DNA from: Octopus vulgaris
Taxonomy: Eukaryota
NCBI GenBank assembly: GCA_951406725.2
Contig: OX597823.1
Span: 116,808,001 to 116,872,000 of the forward strand
Length of the DNA: 64,000 bases
Direction: 5' to 3'
The translations under genes were made by a program, and so were the position numbers. Below the pieces are notes generated by a model. That model ran no database searches, was not told the DNA's origin, and was given only the letters and a program-made list of their open reading frames with translations. This document shows, in pieces, positions 1 to 13,166 of this stretch (within the stretch, counting starts at the first letter, position 1; every line of letters begins with the position of its first letter).

Positions 1-522
1 GCAGGTGTTGACTGCAAAGGAGTGTGTACCTGGCCAGTGGAACATGTCCCTTCCGCAGAAAGTGGAAGAGTACACTCTCCAGTTTGGTCAGACATAAACT
101 GAGGCAAGGCATGATGGTAAGACTATAATATATGATGGAGGTAATGTATGCATTTGTCACCTCTGCCCAACTTTTCAAGGATAGCTTTCTCTCGGCCCAT
201 ATCTGGGTGAGATTGGTCGTTGTCTTTTACAGCTTGGCCGTTCTCTTTTCTGGATGATTGGCTGTTCTTTTCAGTGCATGAACAATTCTCATTCACCATC
301 TTTTTCTTTAATGAAAAAAAAAGGAGTGTCTTTGCCTAAACAAACACCAAAATAGCCCTTAAGGGCTACAGAGAAGAAGTAACCAGCTCCCCAAGGTTCT
401 AGTTAGTTTATCTACGTAACGATAACAAATGTACAATGAATAGTAATGTGTAACAATATGAATAACAACAAACTTTCAGAGTGATGTACAACACATGCCA
501 ATAGACAAACAATAATAATAAT

Positions 523-556
<34 letters not shown>

Positions 557-558
<2 letters not shown>

Positions 559-755
559 CCTTTCTACTACAGGCACAAGGCCTGAAATTTTGGGTGAGAT
601 GGGGCTAGTTGATTGCTTCAAACCCAGTGCTATGAATAGATAGAATTTTCATTGACCTTGAAAGAGTGAAAGACAAAGTCGACCTCTGCATTAAAACTGG
701 AAGAAATACTGCTAATGATTTTATCCTGTGTGCTGTTCTGCCAGCTTGCTGCCTT
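557..755 (-). mobile_element. tRNA-derived SINE, family B (decayed)
   Basis: Reverse complement of the family B consensus seen at 5817 and 49910 (aaggcggcgagctggcaga...gtcgactttgcctttcatcc...ccttgtgcct), with an (AAT)n tail. Confidence 0.7.
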
Positions 756-834
756 AATCTTAAATGGATATGTACTTAGAGTGAGGAGAAATGAAAAAAA
801 TTATTATTTTGTAGGATGATCGTTGACAGAGTGG

Positions 835-1270
835 CTAACTGGCTTCCATGCCAGTGGCACATAAAAGGCACCATTCGAGTGTGATCGTTATCAGCATCAC
901 CTTACTGGCACTTGTGTCCATGCTAGTAGGGTGCCAAGAGCACTATCCGAGCATGATCGTTGCCAGAGGGCACCATTCGTGTGTGATCATTACCAGCATT
1001 GCCTTACTGGCACCTGTGCCAGTGGCATGTGTAAAAAGATTCAAGCGAGGTCATTGCCAGTACTGCCTGACTAGCCTCCATGCAGGTGGCATGTAAAAAG
1101 CACCCACTACACTCTCAGAGTGGTTGGCGTTAAGAAGGGCATCCATCTGTAGAAACTCTGCCAAATCAAGATTGGAGCCTGGTGCAGCCATCTCGTTCAC
1201 CAGCCCTCAGTCAAAATCGTCCAACCCATGCTAGCATGGAAAGCAGACGGTAAACGATGATGATGATGAG
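835..1270 (+). mobile_element. SINE family C with internal ~60-bp repeats and (GAT)n tail
   Basis: Body 'ggtggcatgtaaaaagcacccactacactctcagagtggttggcgttaagaagggcatcc...ccaacccatgctagcatgga...taaacgatgatg' recurs at 8630, 38025, 53420, 57550 and 61430. Confidence 0.85.
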
Positions 1271-1474
1271 GATGAATGGTTGCAAGTTTGGAGGATAAAT
1301 ATAAAACTTAAGAGAAAAATTTAGAAGCTAAAACATCCAACCTACATCACCCTGGAACATTGATTATAAACGTCAGTTTTCAATAAATTTCTTTCTAGAA
1401 TGTCATTTTATTTTTGTTGTATGAGTATTTCTTGAAGTTATCTTAATTTTTCATTACTTCTGTGTATTTCACAG

Positions 1475-1677
1475 CAATACGATGTTGAATTCTACATTGA
1501 CATTCATGCCCATTCAACCCTCATGAATGGTTTTATGTATGGCAACACTTTTGAAGATGTAGACCGTCTAGAGAAACAAGCAGTCTTTCCAAAACTACTT
1601 CGTATGAATGCTGAAGATTTCTCCATGTCAAACACAAATTTCAATCGAGATGCGGTGAAAGCTGGTACTGGCAGAAG
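1475..1677 (+). CDS. AGBL4: Internal coding exon of cytosolic carboxypeptidase 6 (M14 zinc carboxypeptidase, tubulin deglutamylase)
   Basis: Pyrimidine-rich acceptor ...tatttcacAG at 1473-1474 and donor AG|GTAAGT at 1678. The 203 nt translate as QYDVEFYIDIHAHSTLMNGFMYGNTFEDVDRLEKQAVFPKLLRMNAEDFSMSNTNFNRDAVKAGTGR(R). This matches from memory the CCP6 segment FYIDIHAHS..MNGFMYGN...FPKLL..NAEDFS...FNRDAVKAGTGRR, including the zinc-ligand His motif. Missed by the ORF track. Confidence 0.93.
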
Positions 1678-2010
1678 GTAAGTGGAATATTTAGAATACA
1701 GTTTTTTTTTCAATAGTTTTTATTTATTTATATATTTTGTTTGTTTTTCTTCATTTTGTCAATAACCTATATTTTTCTGATGCCAAAACCCAATAACAAA
1801 GATTCACTACATAGTTTAATATAAAATTCTGTTCAATAGACAACCTATTGTTACATCAAAGGTTGAAATCCTGGTTTGGGGGCTGATAATCGAATATATT
1901 TAATTATTTGATCATATCAGCATCATCATCAGCATCATTGTCATGGCAATCACAATAATAATAATAATAATAATAATAACAGCAACAACAACAACAACAA
2001 TCTGTTTGAT

Positions 2011-2330
2011 AACTGTAGCAACCTTTTGGGTATTGGGGAGGTGAAATTGATTCTTCATAAAACAATTTTATGTAAATCCAAAAGACTTGTCCATGTCTCA
2101 CTTGAATTTCAATTATGACCCAGTGAAAGCCAGCAATCACAGAAAGGTAAGTGGATATTTTGTTTTTATTTTTATTCTATTTTTGTAATGAATGTTTTTG
2201 GCACCAAAACCAATAACGACGGTTTGTTGAATGTTGTTCTGTCGATAGCTAACCTAATGCCTCTGGCAAAATGGAAATTTTGGACTTCGAGTTTTTAGTC
2301 CAACGAGTTAATAATCTGGTTATATTATAC
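2011..2330 (+). pseudogene. Decayed tandem copy 2 of the AGBL4 exon 3' part, donor and proximal intron
   Basis: 2059-2146 translates KQFYVNPKDLSMSHLNFNYDPVKASNHRK versus KLLRMNAEDFSMSNTNFNRDAVKAGTGRR. It retains AG|GTAAGTGGA at 2147 and the intronic motif 'ccaaaaccaataac'. An in-frame TGA lies just upstream. Confidence 0.8.
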
Positions 2331-2469
2331 TGAATATGACAATGATGATGGTAACCATGATGGGGCCCCTACCACCACCAATACCAAAGATGATGATGGT
2401 GTTGATGATGATTATGGTAATGATGATCTTATTAGTTTAGCTGCCATAGCAACCACCTAACAAAACGAT

Positions 2470-2680
2470 TAGTCTCTCTCTAAAAGTATTTCATGAATAT
2501 ACAGAATATATCTCCATGTTTTACATACATTTCAAAAGCTTGTTTTCACAGTAGGTAGGTGGACATTAAAAAAAAAAAACAGAAAATGTTTTTAATCAAT
2601 GTATTTGGCGTCAAAATTCCAATAACAGCGACTCATCTCAAAATATATCAAAAACTATTTAATTCTGATATTGTTAAACA
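2470..2680 (+). pseudogene. More decayed tandem copy 3 of the same exon/intron junction
   Basis: 'agtctctctctaaaagtatttcatgaatatacagaatatatctccatgt' resembles exon 'agtctttccaaaactacttcgtatgaatgctgaagatttctccatgt'. AG|GTAGGTGGA at 2555. 'tcaaaattccaataacagcgactca' resembles 'ccaaaacccaataacaaagattca'. Confidence 0.6.
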
Positions 2681-3314
2681 TGTGATCATAGACGGCACCA
2701 CCAATGAATTCCCATGACATGTTCTAATCAATAGAGAGAGAACACCGAAGACTCAAAGAAATATGTGAAGGGACAACATCATAAAATAGAACTTGTGGCA
2801 TTGTTATTTAGAATACTGCAAAGTCTTCTTAATTGAGTGACATTTTCTTGTAGCCATTCTGTTGATATCTGTAAGTACAGAACATACTTCCAGAAACTGG
2901 ACAGAGCACTGCTAGGATGCTAGGTAAACACTACTAACCTGTAGAATATATATCTTTCTGATGTTGAGGATATTGAATAGTCTTTCTCGTATTTCATTTT
3001 CCCCTCTGTAATTTAATGCTGTTATTCGATGTTATTTAGAATATTTTGTTGTTGGTATTTAATCTTCAAGGAATTCATTTTTGTTGTAATAAAAAAATAT
3101 TATTTAATTTGTGAGTGTAGTCATTCCACATCACTTACACTCTCATTTAATTCTCTAATAAGGCTAAACTCTCATTTAATTCTTTGCATATCTGTGTGCA
3201 AGACAACAGGACACAACACATTTTAATATACTGCTCTACAGATGGTGAGCTCTTGTCTCGTTGAAACCTGTTTTCCTCTATTTTGTGCCTGTATAGGTGG
3301 TGTGCATGTATGTA

Positions 3315-3364
<50 letters not shown>

Positions 3365-3889
3365 CTTATGCCTTAATAATGCTACCAATAGTTTCACGTG
3401 AACAGAAATTCTACAATTTCATTTTTCAAGCAAGTTACTTAATAATGTTGGTATCGCCTCCATTTTGAATGGAACAACATGACACACACTAGAATATACA
3501 GGATTTCAAATTAAATAGGTAAATATAAGAGAAGACGACCCTTAAGGGATTTCTTTCGTTTTTATCTTCCTTGGCTTTTTTGCCAGCATTTGAGCTCAAG
3601 ATATTTTAATAGCATCATGTAAGGAAACGGGATATTGATAGATGAGAATGTATCAATATCCCATCCATGTGTGTGTGTGTTGAAATATACCTGCATGTAT
3701 GAATGTATGTACACGACATGGGATATGCCTGCATTTTGTGAATGTGTATTCATGTGTATTATATTATTTAGGAAGTTTTTGCAGGTTTTAAACGTGAGTT
3801 CATAAGATATATGCTATGTCTTGCATGTGTGTGTGTGTGTATATATATGATATACATTAGTGTGCAGTTAAGAATTCCACCATAAGTTC

Positions 3890-5700
3890 TTGGGAATATG
3901 CTAATATGCATATTGTGCACATAATCAATAATAACAGATTACCTTAAATTTATCCTGTTTGGACAGGTGATGAGGTATTTATGCTTGAAATTTTGTACTT
4001 GTTTGTGCATACAAAGTGAGAAAGTTTCTTCCCTAATGTTCTAAATGTTTGCCATTGTAGTTATGATGTTTTATTTCTCTGTGATACAAAGGATCTCTCT
4101 GTTGCCTTGTCCCATGTATTTACTGGTCTTAGCTGTGATGCTCCATTTTATAAGGGAGTGGTTGTCCATGATCCTATCATGAAGGTTCCATATCATCTGA
4201 GATAAAGATGTGTCGTTTGTGCTTATCTCTAAATGAAGCCAAGTGTTGCAAGTATCTTTCCATGAAAGTATTTCCATTCATTCCAATGTACATTCTTATG
4301 ATCTCATCCATGTCAGTGATGTTAAGTCTTGTAAACGAGTTCTTTTTCCAGGCATATATTGTTCAGGTGACATTTATTGCGGGATCTATAAATTTAAAAT
4401 CTATGAGGTGTGTTCCTAATGCTATTCTTCAAATTGTAATTGAAGATCATTGATATTATGTTTAAGAGGCAACTATAGCTAACTTTAACCATGTTTCTAT
4501 TAGAGATCTGGCGATATTTATGAGAGTGTGGGAAATGAGTATCTCTAAGTCTCAGAAATCATCTTAGCCACACTTGTACCTATGTTTGTATTATATGGAA
4601 GTTTATATTGCAAAATTTTGCTACATCTATGTCTTTTTGGCCACTCTAAATTTGGCTAAAATATAGTTTATATTGTTTTTAAAATTAGATCTTTCTAATG
4701 TGGTGTTGTAATATGGAGCCACCTTTTTGAAAGCTGCTTCACCAGAGGATAACTTGAAAACACACTTGTTAATGCTATTACTTGCTTAATTATTGATGAT
4801 GGATTATTAAAACCTTTGTCAATGCAGGAGTTTCTTTATTTGATTTATGAAAAAGTTCATATTTTTCTGTTCTATGATTCATGGTCGTGTCTAGAAAACT
4901 AGCAGAAGATCAGTGCTAGCTGTAGTTTTTAAGTTAAGTTGACTAAATATTTTGCATAACATTTTTCTTATCCATATTACCTCCATTCTTATGTACCTGC
5001 CCCTAAATTCTTATCCCTATATAAGCCTATATTCCATGTAGAATGTAGAGACCAACCAGATCTGCTACCTCTGCTCCATGATGTCTTCCTATGGGGACAT
5101 TAAATAGTTCATCTTTGTTCTTTTTTCACCCAAAAGGTATTATTGTGAAAAAGCAATCAGAATAGTTTCACCATTCCATTTATTTTGACATTAGCAACAA
5201 TTTCACCTGAACATTAATACTTTTTTGGGTGCATAAAATCGTAACTCCATGAATGTATGATATTTTCAGTCAGAAATATCTTTGCAGAACTGTCATTTCT
5301 GGAACTTACTACAATTTAGAAAAATGCTAAACCCTTGTATCGTAATCCCTCACCATATCCTGGTTGACATGTTGTGGTTTATCATTTCAGCTCATGTTGA
5401 TTCCTCCATGGTGTTGTTTGCATTTGTAATAAAATAAATACATACAAATTATAAAAATAACTTTAAAAAAAACGATAGAGTACAGACTGTTTCTACTTTG
5501 TGGATTTTCACCTATTGCAGAGGGTTTTGGAACATAACACCTGTTGTAGTCAAGAGATTGCTGTACTACACTTTGACAATTTTCATATCTTGGCATCTGA
5601 AACAGCTGGAGATACGATAGTTTGACCAAAAGAACCGGCTATTGCCAATAAAATTGAATACTGAAAATACGCATTTGACCAAATTTGGACATACAACAGT
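3890..5700 (-). mobile_element. Highly degenerate non-LTR retrotransposon ORF2 remnant (possibly L1/Tx1-like)
   Basis: Minus-strand fragments resemble an RT-associated C-terminal region (IWNLHDRIMDNHSLIKW), a GIRILG-like motif and SVVQG, which is rejoined after removing the MITE at 5340-5563. Many stops. Confidence 0.4.
5340..5563 (-). mobile_element. pogo/Tigger-like MITE (same family as 13167-13427)
   Basis: Internal sequence is the reverse complement of 13167-13427. Degenerate TIRs tcgtaatccctcacc / gtcaagagattgctg, flanked by TA. Confidence 0.75.
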
Positions 5701-5719
5701 TTAACATAATATTCTTCTT

Positions 5720-5793
<74 letters not shown>

Positions 5794-5816
5794 TATTATT
5801 ATTATTATTATCATTA

Positions 5817-6030
5817 AGGTAGCAAGCAAGTAAAACCATTAGCATGCTAGGCAAGATGCTTAGTGGTATTTTGTCTGCCATTACATTCTGAGTTCAAATT
5901 CCACCAAGGTCAACTTTGCCTTTCGTCCTTTTGGGATCAATAAATTAAGTACCAGTTGAGTACTGGGGTCTATGTGATCGACTGTCCCCCTCTCCACAAA
6001 ATCCAGGCTGTGTGCCTATAGTAGGAAGGA
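5817..6030 (+). mobile_element. tRNA-derived SINE, family B
   Basis: Head aaggtagcaagc..., B-box-like 'gagttcaaattcc', conserved 'actttgcctttcgtccttttgggatcaataaattaagtaccag'. Inserted in (TTA)n. Confidence 0.8.
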
Positions 6031-6050
6031 TTACTACTATTATTATTATT

Positions 6051-6545
6051 ATTTTCCTTCTTTCTTCAAATTTTCTTCCATTTCTCACCGAGTGTTTTCC
6101 GTACACCTAGGGCAGAGAAGCTCATTGTATACATTCCCAGATTTCACACCCAAATTCATAGGTAGAGTATGAATTTAAAAAATTAATAAATAAATAAATT
6201 CATAAATGGATGTTGTTTTCACAGCGATAATGCTCTTCTCAATACATGAGTCATTCCAGTTAACACAATTTTTTGCACTTCCTGTAGGGATGGTAAGCCT
6301 GGTATCATTTTCAAATAGGTTTCAGTACCTTTTTTTTCTCATTGCTAGAGCTCCTACAATCACTGGTATTGTAGTTGCCTTGAGATGCCACATTTTTTCA
6401 ATTTCTATTAGCAAGTCTTTATATTTACTGATCTCGTCAAATTCTTTTGCCACTATATTGTGATCGCAAGGAATACTCATATTAATTAATAAACACACCT
6501 TTTTTGTCTGATCTTTTATAATATCCAGTTTATTAGCTTTTATTT
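6051..6545 (-). mobile_element. R4/Dong-like LINE 3' fragment (restriction-like endonuclease)
   Basis: Minus strand reads approximately ..LDIIKDQTKKVCLLINMSIPCDHNIVAKEFDEISKYKDLLIEIEKMWHLKATTIPVIVGAL.., an RLE signature (PD..D, K..KY, W, P..vGAlG). Flanked by (TTA)n. Confidence 0.75.
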
Positions 6546-6589
6546 ATTTATTTATTATTTTGATTATTATTATTATTATTATTATTATT

Positions 6590-6880
6590 CAGTAGTTTTA
6601 TTTTTATAGCGTGCTTTCACTTCACTACCGAGCGCAGCTTTGTGTGTCTTGGGTATGTGCTGTGATTTGTTGTGATGCTCTGATGGTTACTGTATTGAAA
6701 GTGTTTTGCATAGGATGTGTGCAGTGCCCAGTAGTGCAACTTTCTGTATGTTATATGTGTTTGTAAGTCCTGGTGTTTTTGTTATGTATTTGTCTGAATA
6801 TTCTTTTATCATACCTAATGCACCTACTATGATAGGAATTGTTTCTGTTTTTAGATTCCACATTCTAGTTAACTCTATTT
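6590..6880 (-). mobile_element. Second R4/Dong-like LINE 3' fragment
   Basis: EIELTRMWNLKTETIPIIVGALGMIK...IQKVALLGTAHILCKTLSIQ* is an RLE C-terminus. Its 3' end abuts (TAA)n. Confidence 0.8.
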
Positions 6881-6980
6881 CTTCTTCTTCTTCTTCTTCT
6901 TCTTCTTCTTCTTCTTCTTCTTCTTCTTCTTCTTCTTCTTCTTCTTCTTCTTCTTCTTCTTCTTCTTCTTCTTCTTCTTC
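6878..6980. repeat. (TTC)n microsatellite, ~34 units
   Basis: Pure ttc run; source of the poly-E and poly-S ORF artefacts. Confidence 0.97.
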
Positions 6981-7922
6981 ACTGTTGTTATTATTATTAT
7001 TAAGGTGGCAAGCTGGCAGAATTGTTAGCATGCTGAGTGAAATGCTTAGTGGTATTTTGTCAGTCTGCATGTTCTGAGTTCAAATTCTACCATAAAAGAG
7101 AAAATCAGCACCTGCAAGGTTTGAAATCAAAGCACATAGCAACAGGATTTCAACAACTCCACTGCATCTTCCAATCCATCAATCACTTACATAATGAAAT
7201 CACTGCTGTTAATTGTTTTTATTGCTGAAACTAAATGTCATCACATTTAGTCTTTTGTCCAATTGCTTCTCCCCACTCTCCTCTCCTCTCCAGCCTCCTA
7301 CCACATCTCTACTAATCTCCTCTCACCCACACATCCTGTCAGTAAAACAATTATAACAAGAAACCAATTAAGTTAAGAAGTAGAATATTCAGTAAACATC
7401 TTAGGATGAATCTTATTAGTAAATGAAATTATCTCGTTAGCTCAATGTCATTGTGTAAACACTGAAGTACTTCAGTTGCTTAGTTTTTAACCGATTCTCT
7501 TACGAATGTCTTCTGCTTCTTCATGTCACCCAAGTTAGCATCCTCTGCTGTTCTTTTATCTTTTCTTTTATTTTTCCCCAACTTTTATTTCTTGCTCATG
7601 CTAGACTTTAACGTAAATATTGAGAGAGAAAAAAGCAAAAAAACTAAGATATTTTCGACACTCTAAATAGGCTATAATTGTTGAATGCATAGAATGTGTC
7701 ATTTATCCTGTGAATTCCATGATAAACTTTACCATTAATTTTAATATTTCTCATCTTGCTAATAAGTTATAGGCACAGGAGTGGCTCTGTGGTAAGTAGC
7801 TTGCTTACCAACCACATGGTTCTGGGTTCAGTCCCACTGCTTGGCACCTTGGGCAAGTTTCTTCTACTTGCCCAAAGCCTTGTGAGTGGATTTGGTAGAT
7901 GGAAACTAAAAGAAGCCCGTCG

Positions 7923-7940
7923 TATATATGTATATGTATG

Positions 7941-7983
<43 letters not shown>

Positions 7984-8036
7984 GTATATATATATGTATA
8001 TATATATGTATATATATATATGTATATATATATATG

Positions 8037-8083
<47 letters not shown>

Positions 8084-8294
8084 GTATATATATATATGTA
8101 TATATATATATATGTATATATATATGTATATATATATATGTATATATATATATGTATATGTATATATATATATGTATATGTATATGTATATATATATGTA
8201 TATATATATATGTATATGTATATGTATATATATATATGTATATGTATATGTATATATATATATATATGTATATGTATATGTATATATATATATG

Positions 8295-8339
<45 letters not shown>

Positions 8340-8357
8340 GTATATGTATATATATAT

Positions 8358-8390
<33 letters not shown>

Positions 8391-8447
8391 TATATATATA
8401 TGTATATATATATGTATATGTATATATATATATATGTATATGTATAT

Positions 8448-8497
<50 letters not shown>

Positions 8498-9081
8498 GTA
8501 TCGGCACAGAAGCCAGTCGAAGCGATGCCAGCACCGCCTTGACTGGCTTCTGTGCCGGTAGCACAAAAAAAAAAAAAAAAAAGCACCAACTGATTGTGGC
8601 CGATGCCAGACCCCTCTGGCACCTGTGCAGGTGGCACGTAAAAAGCACCCACTACACTCGCGGAGTGGTTGGCGTTAGGAAGGGCATCCAGCTGTAGAAA
8701 CACTGCCAGATCAGACTGGAGCCTGGGGCAGCCCCTGGCTCCCCAGACCCCAGTCGAACCGTCCAACCCGTGCTAGCGCAGAAAACGGACGTTAAACGAT
8801 GATGATGATGATGATGTATATGTATATATATATATATATGTATATGTATGTCGTCTTCTAAGAGTTATACGGTCTTGTCCATGTTGTATTTTTCTACATA
8901 CCTTAATATATATGTATATATATATATATATATATATGTATATGTATATATATATATGTATATATATATATGTATATATATATATGTATATGTATATATA
9001 TATATGTATATGTATGTATATGTATGTGTATGTATATGTATGTATATGTATATATGTATGTATATGTATATATGTATATGT

Positions 9082-9119
<38 letters not shown>

Positions 9120-9314
9120 GTATATGTATATATGTATATGTATGTATATGTATATGTATGTATATGTATATATGTATGTATATGTATATATGTATATGTA
9201 TATGTATATATGTATATGTATGTATATATATATATGTATATGTATATATATATATGTATATGTATATATATATATGTATATATATATATATGTATATATA
9301 TATATTTATATATG

Positions 9315-9345
<31 letters not shown>

Positions 9346-9348
9346 TTA

Positions 9349-9399
<51 letters not shown>

Positions 9400-9420
9400 G
9401 TGTGTGTGTGTGTGTATGTG
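7923..9420. repeat. Compound (TA)n/(TATATG)n microsatellite blocks
   Basis: About 580 bp (7923-8500) and about 520 bp (8905-9420) of alternating purine-pyrimidine repeats. Confidence 0.97.
8501..8815 (+). mobile_element. SINE family C nested in the spacer of SINE A
   Basis: Family C body and (GAT)n tail, flanked on both sides by TATG repeats. Confidence 0.85.
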
Positions 9421-10845
9421 TGTGTATATGTTTGTGTGTCTGTGTTTGTCCCCCCAGCATCGCTTGACAACTGATGCTGGTGTGTTTACGTCCCTGTAAC
9501 TTAGCGGTTCGGCAAAAGAGACCAATAGAATAAGCACTAGGCTTACAAAGAATAAGTCCTGGAGTTAATTTGCTCAACTAAAGGCAGTGCTCCAGCATGG
9601 CCACAGTCAAATGACTGAAACAAGTAAAAGAGTAAGTTTCAAAACATGGCTGTGTGGTTAAGTTTGATTACAAATCCCTTGGTTCTAGGTTTTATCCTAA
9701 TGTATAGCATCTTGGACAAGTAACCAAAGCCTTATGAGTGGATTTGGTGAACAGAAACTAAGAAGTTGTTGTATATATAGACCTCTTCTACAGCAACACA
9801 CCTGTTTCTGTTTTTCTGTCTCACTATAACCCTTCATCTCATCTGACACAAGATCACCTCCTCCAACTCCCCCTCCCCTCTCAAAAGATTTTTGTCTTGC
9901 AAGTTACTTGGTGACCCTGTCTGTGCAGGTGCCACTTAAAAAGGACCCAGTCCACACTATAAAGTGGTTGGTGTTTGGAAGGGCATCCACCTGTAAGAAC
10001 CTTGACAAAACTAACCTCACCTGTGCTTGTGCCATGTAAAAAGCACTAAGTTTACTCTGCTGGGTGGTTGGTGTTAGGAAGAGCATCCACCTGTAGCAAC
10101 ACAAGCAGCCAGTGTCATATTGGATGAGATCTCATGGCAGCCATTGCCATCTCTGAGACTGGAGTGAGACCTCACCTGCATCCATTTGCCATGCGTGAGA
10201 TCACAACAAACTCGTGGAGAAAACTATATAAAGGGAAAACCCTCTTCAAATTCCTCTTCTTCAGTGCCATTACACAGCAGCACTGAATAACACCACTGGC
10301 TGTGGTTTTCTGCCTGTCTATCTCCAGAGGCAATGCACTCACACTAACGGAGCTTAAGATGGTAGCTGAGAGCAGCACACTTCACCTTTCCTGTAAATAA
10401 ACCAGATGTAAATAGCAGTTGTACTTGAAGTACTTTCTCTTCGCCTGCCGGAAGCCTGAACTACATAAAGAACAAAGGGAATGATGGAAGGAAACGATAT
10501 TCTTCCAATATTGTAAACCTTGCCTTCCATTATTAAACAGCCAAAGTAGTCACAGAAGTCTGGTACAAGATTCTGCCTGGCCAGCTCTTGTCAAACCATC
10601 CCACCCACACCAGCATGGAAGGCAGATTCTAAACGAGGATGATGATGATATATGTGTATATATATATGTACATTTCAAATCTATGTGAATTACTTAATAC
10701 ATTTTTAAAGTGTAAAGGTGATTTGTTTAAAAGAATTATGATTTTACAAAATGTAATGAAATCTTTAATCGGGATATTACTAACCATTTTTGAGAAGTTT
10801 TTATCTTGTGTGTGAGCTCTTTCAATTAATGTTTTTAAACACATG

Positions 10846-11222
<377 letters not shown>

Positions 11223-11315
11223 TTATATATATATATTATATTTTGTGAAATTTGATTTATTATTTCTAAATTGAATTTTTCCCTGTAAGTTTGGAATAAT
11301 ATTCCCTCAAATTAT

Positions 11316-11372
<57 letters not shown>

Positions 11373-11837
11373 TAGATAGATAGATATAGATATATATATA
11401 CACATATACATATACATTTATAAAAGCTTCTTAATTTCTGTCAAAGTTACCTCAGTATTGCTGAAACAAAAGCCATCACAGAAGAAAAATAAGAAAATAA
11501 AGCATTTCCAGGGATGACGCTTTTACACTTCATTGAGGAGATAACAGAAGACAACATTGACTGGCAGCACATTGTATGGAGTAAGTCTCACACCATGAGC
11601 TATTAAGGGATGGCAAAATGGACACTAAAATTATGTTATATATATATATATATACATTACATCAGATATATATGCATGCTTACATATCTGCCTACTGTCA
11701 TCTCTACATCACTGACTCCCTTTGATAATCAGTAACCCCTCTGACACACATATCACCAGCCCCAACACTAGTTACTCCCTTTCTTTTTCTCATCTCTTAC
11801 TTCACATACCCATATGATACATGCTTTCTTGCTTGTG

Positions 11838-12275
11838 ACAGCGTTCACCCAGGGCGGCTTGAGCCGGCTTCTTCTCTGGTCCTGACGGCATCACAAACCA
11901 TGGTGGCCCATGCCCGACAGTCCTGTGCGAGGTCACTGGAGATAGCGAGCCACTCGTGGTTCCATCTATGCAGACTGACCACCTGCGGACCTGAGAGTTC
12001 GGAGAGGTCCTCCTTTATCGTCTTTGCCCAGGTCTCCAGCTGCCCGCCATGTGTTTGCGCCAGCTAGGAAGTGGGGGTGAGAAGAGGACATCGCGAATCA
12101 GCTCACCCTCTGGACGCGGGGCCGCATGACTGAACCACCTTAAGTGCTGCTGTAGAAGCACCGAAGGGAGGGAGGGGCCGGAGATTCAGGTGATGACGAA
12201 GACCAGTTGTAGGGACCCGATCAATGTGTTGGCAGCAAAGAATGCAACGGAGACAGTCATTATCGAACACCTCCA
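11838..12275 (-). mobile_element. RTE-clade LINE 3' fragment
   Basis: Minus strand reads ..LRWFSHAAPRPEGELIRDVL...GGQLETWAKTIKEDL...LAQDCRAWATMVCDAV, the RTE C-terminal LRWxGH / GGQ..TW / A.DR..W pattern. Confidence 0.75.
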
Positions 12276-12479
12276 GCCTTCGCTGATCAATACATCTGTT
12301 TATTCATCATATATCAACGTCACCCATGTTTCTTTTGCCCCTGTCTTTATTTCCCTTGCTTCCCACACCCATGTTCCTACGGTTCATCTTTCAATCCTTC
12401 CTTAATATTGTTATCAGTCTCACTGTACTATGTTGTCAGTGTGATTAAAGATGGCCGAGAATATTTCTTCTGTTCAAGA

Positions 12480-12693
12480 GGGTGAACTGGCAGAATCATA
12501 TGCATACCAGGCAAAATGCTTAGCAGCGTTTTGTCAGTCTTTGCAATCTGAGTTTAAATTCCACTGAGGTCAGCTTTATCTTTAATTCCTTCAGAGTCGA
12601 TAAAATAAGTATCAGTTGATTACTGAAGGTCGATGTAATCAACTTACCTCCCCACCCTAAAGTTGCTGGCCTTGTGCCAAAATTTGAAAACCA
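12480..12693 (+). mobile_element. SINE family B
   Basis: ggtgaactggcagaatc...gagtttaaattcc...gtcgataaaataagtatcag...ccttgtgccaaaatttgaaa. Confidence 0.75.
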
Positions 12694-13166
12694 GTATTTC
12701 TTCAGTCCATTGCATGTTGCATGCACTCTCTCACTTATGTTTTTTTATTGCTCATCGTTTTTTCACTGTTCATTGCATTCTTTCATCCATACCTGAAACT
12801 CTTCTAGGTAATTAGTAGCCACCAAATATGTACTGACCCCAACTATAACAAAATATCCTACTCATACCAGAATGGAGAGGGAACATGAAATGATGATGAT
12901 GATGCCAATTGTTGTTGTTGTTAAGCAACAAGACGGGTAAGCGTGATTAGGTGATGGTTTAGGGCTTAGGGGCGGGAGACCCCAGACCTTGGGAAAAAAA
13001 AACTTTGGTCATCTTGTTGTAGTCGAGGTCTCTTCGTTGACGCCCAACACCACTGGGAGGTGGCCCTCGAAGTCGCTGGAAATGGAGATCTCCAGGTCCA
13101 AATTCTTGACCAGCTGCTGCTGATGATGATGATGACGAACATGATCATGATGATGAGCCCCTTATA

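Larger units (their letters stand above)
7772..9635 (+). mobile_element. tRNA-derived SINE family A (CORE-like) with massively expanded internal (TA/TATG)n spacer and a nested family C copy
   Basis: Head 7772-7922 (ggcacaggagtggctctgtggtaag...ggttcagtccc...ccttgggcaagt) and tail 9425-9635 match the compact copy at 60368-60762. Confidence 0.9.

Noticed and set aside
1504-1713. Minus-strand 69-aa ORF
   Set aside because: Antisense shadow of the AGBL4 exon.
6687-7077. Poly-E and poly-S ORFs
   Set aside because: Chimera of a SINE B head, a (TTC)n microsatellite and a Dong-like fragment.
7756-9577. Long ORFs of 200-313 aa rich in Y/I/M/C/V/H/T (also at 16108-16413, 43526-44150 and 59192-59670)
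   Set aside because: Translations of (TA)n/(TATG)n/(CA)n microsatellites that lack stop codons in all frames. Not genes.
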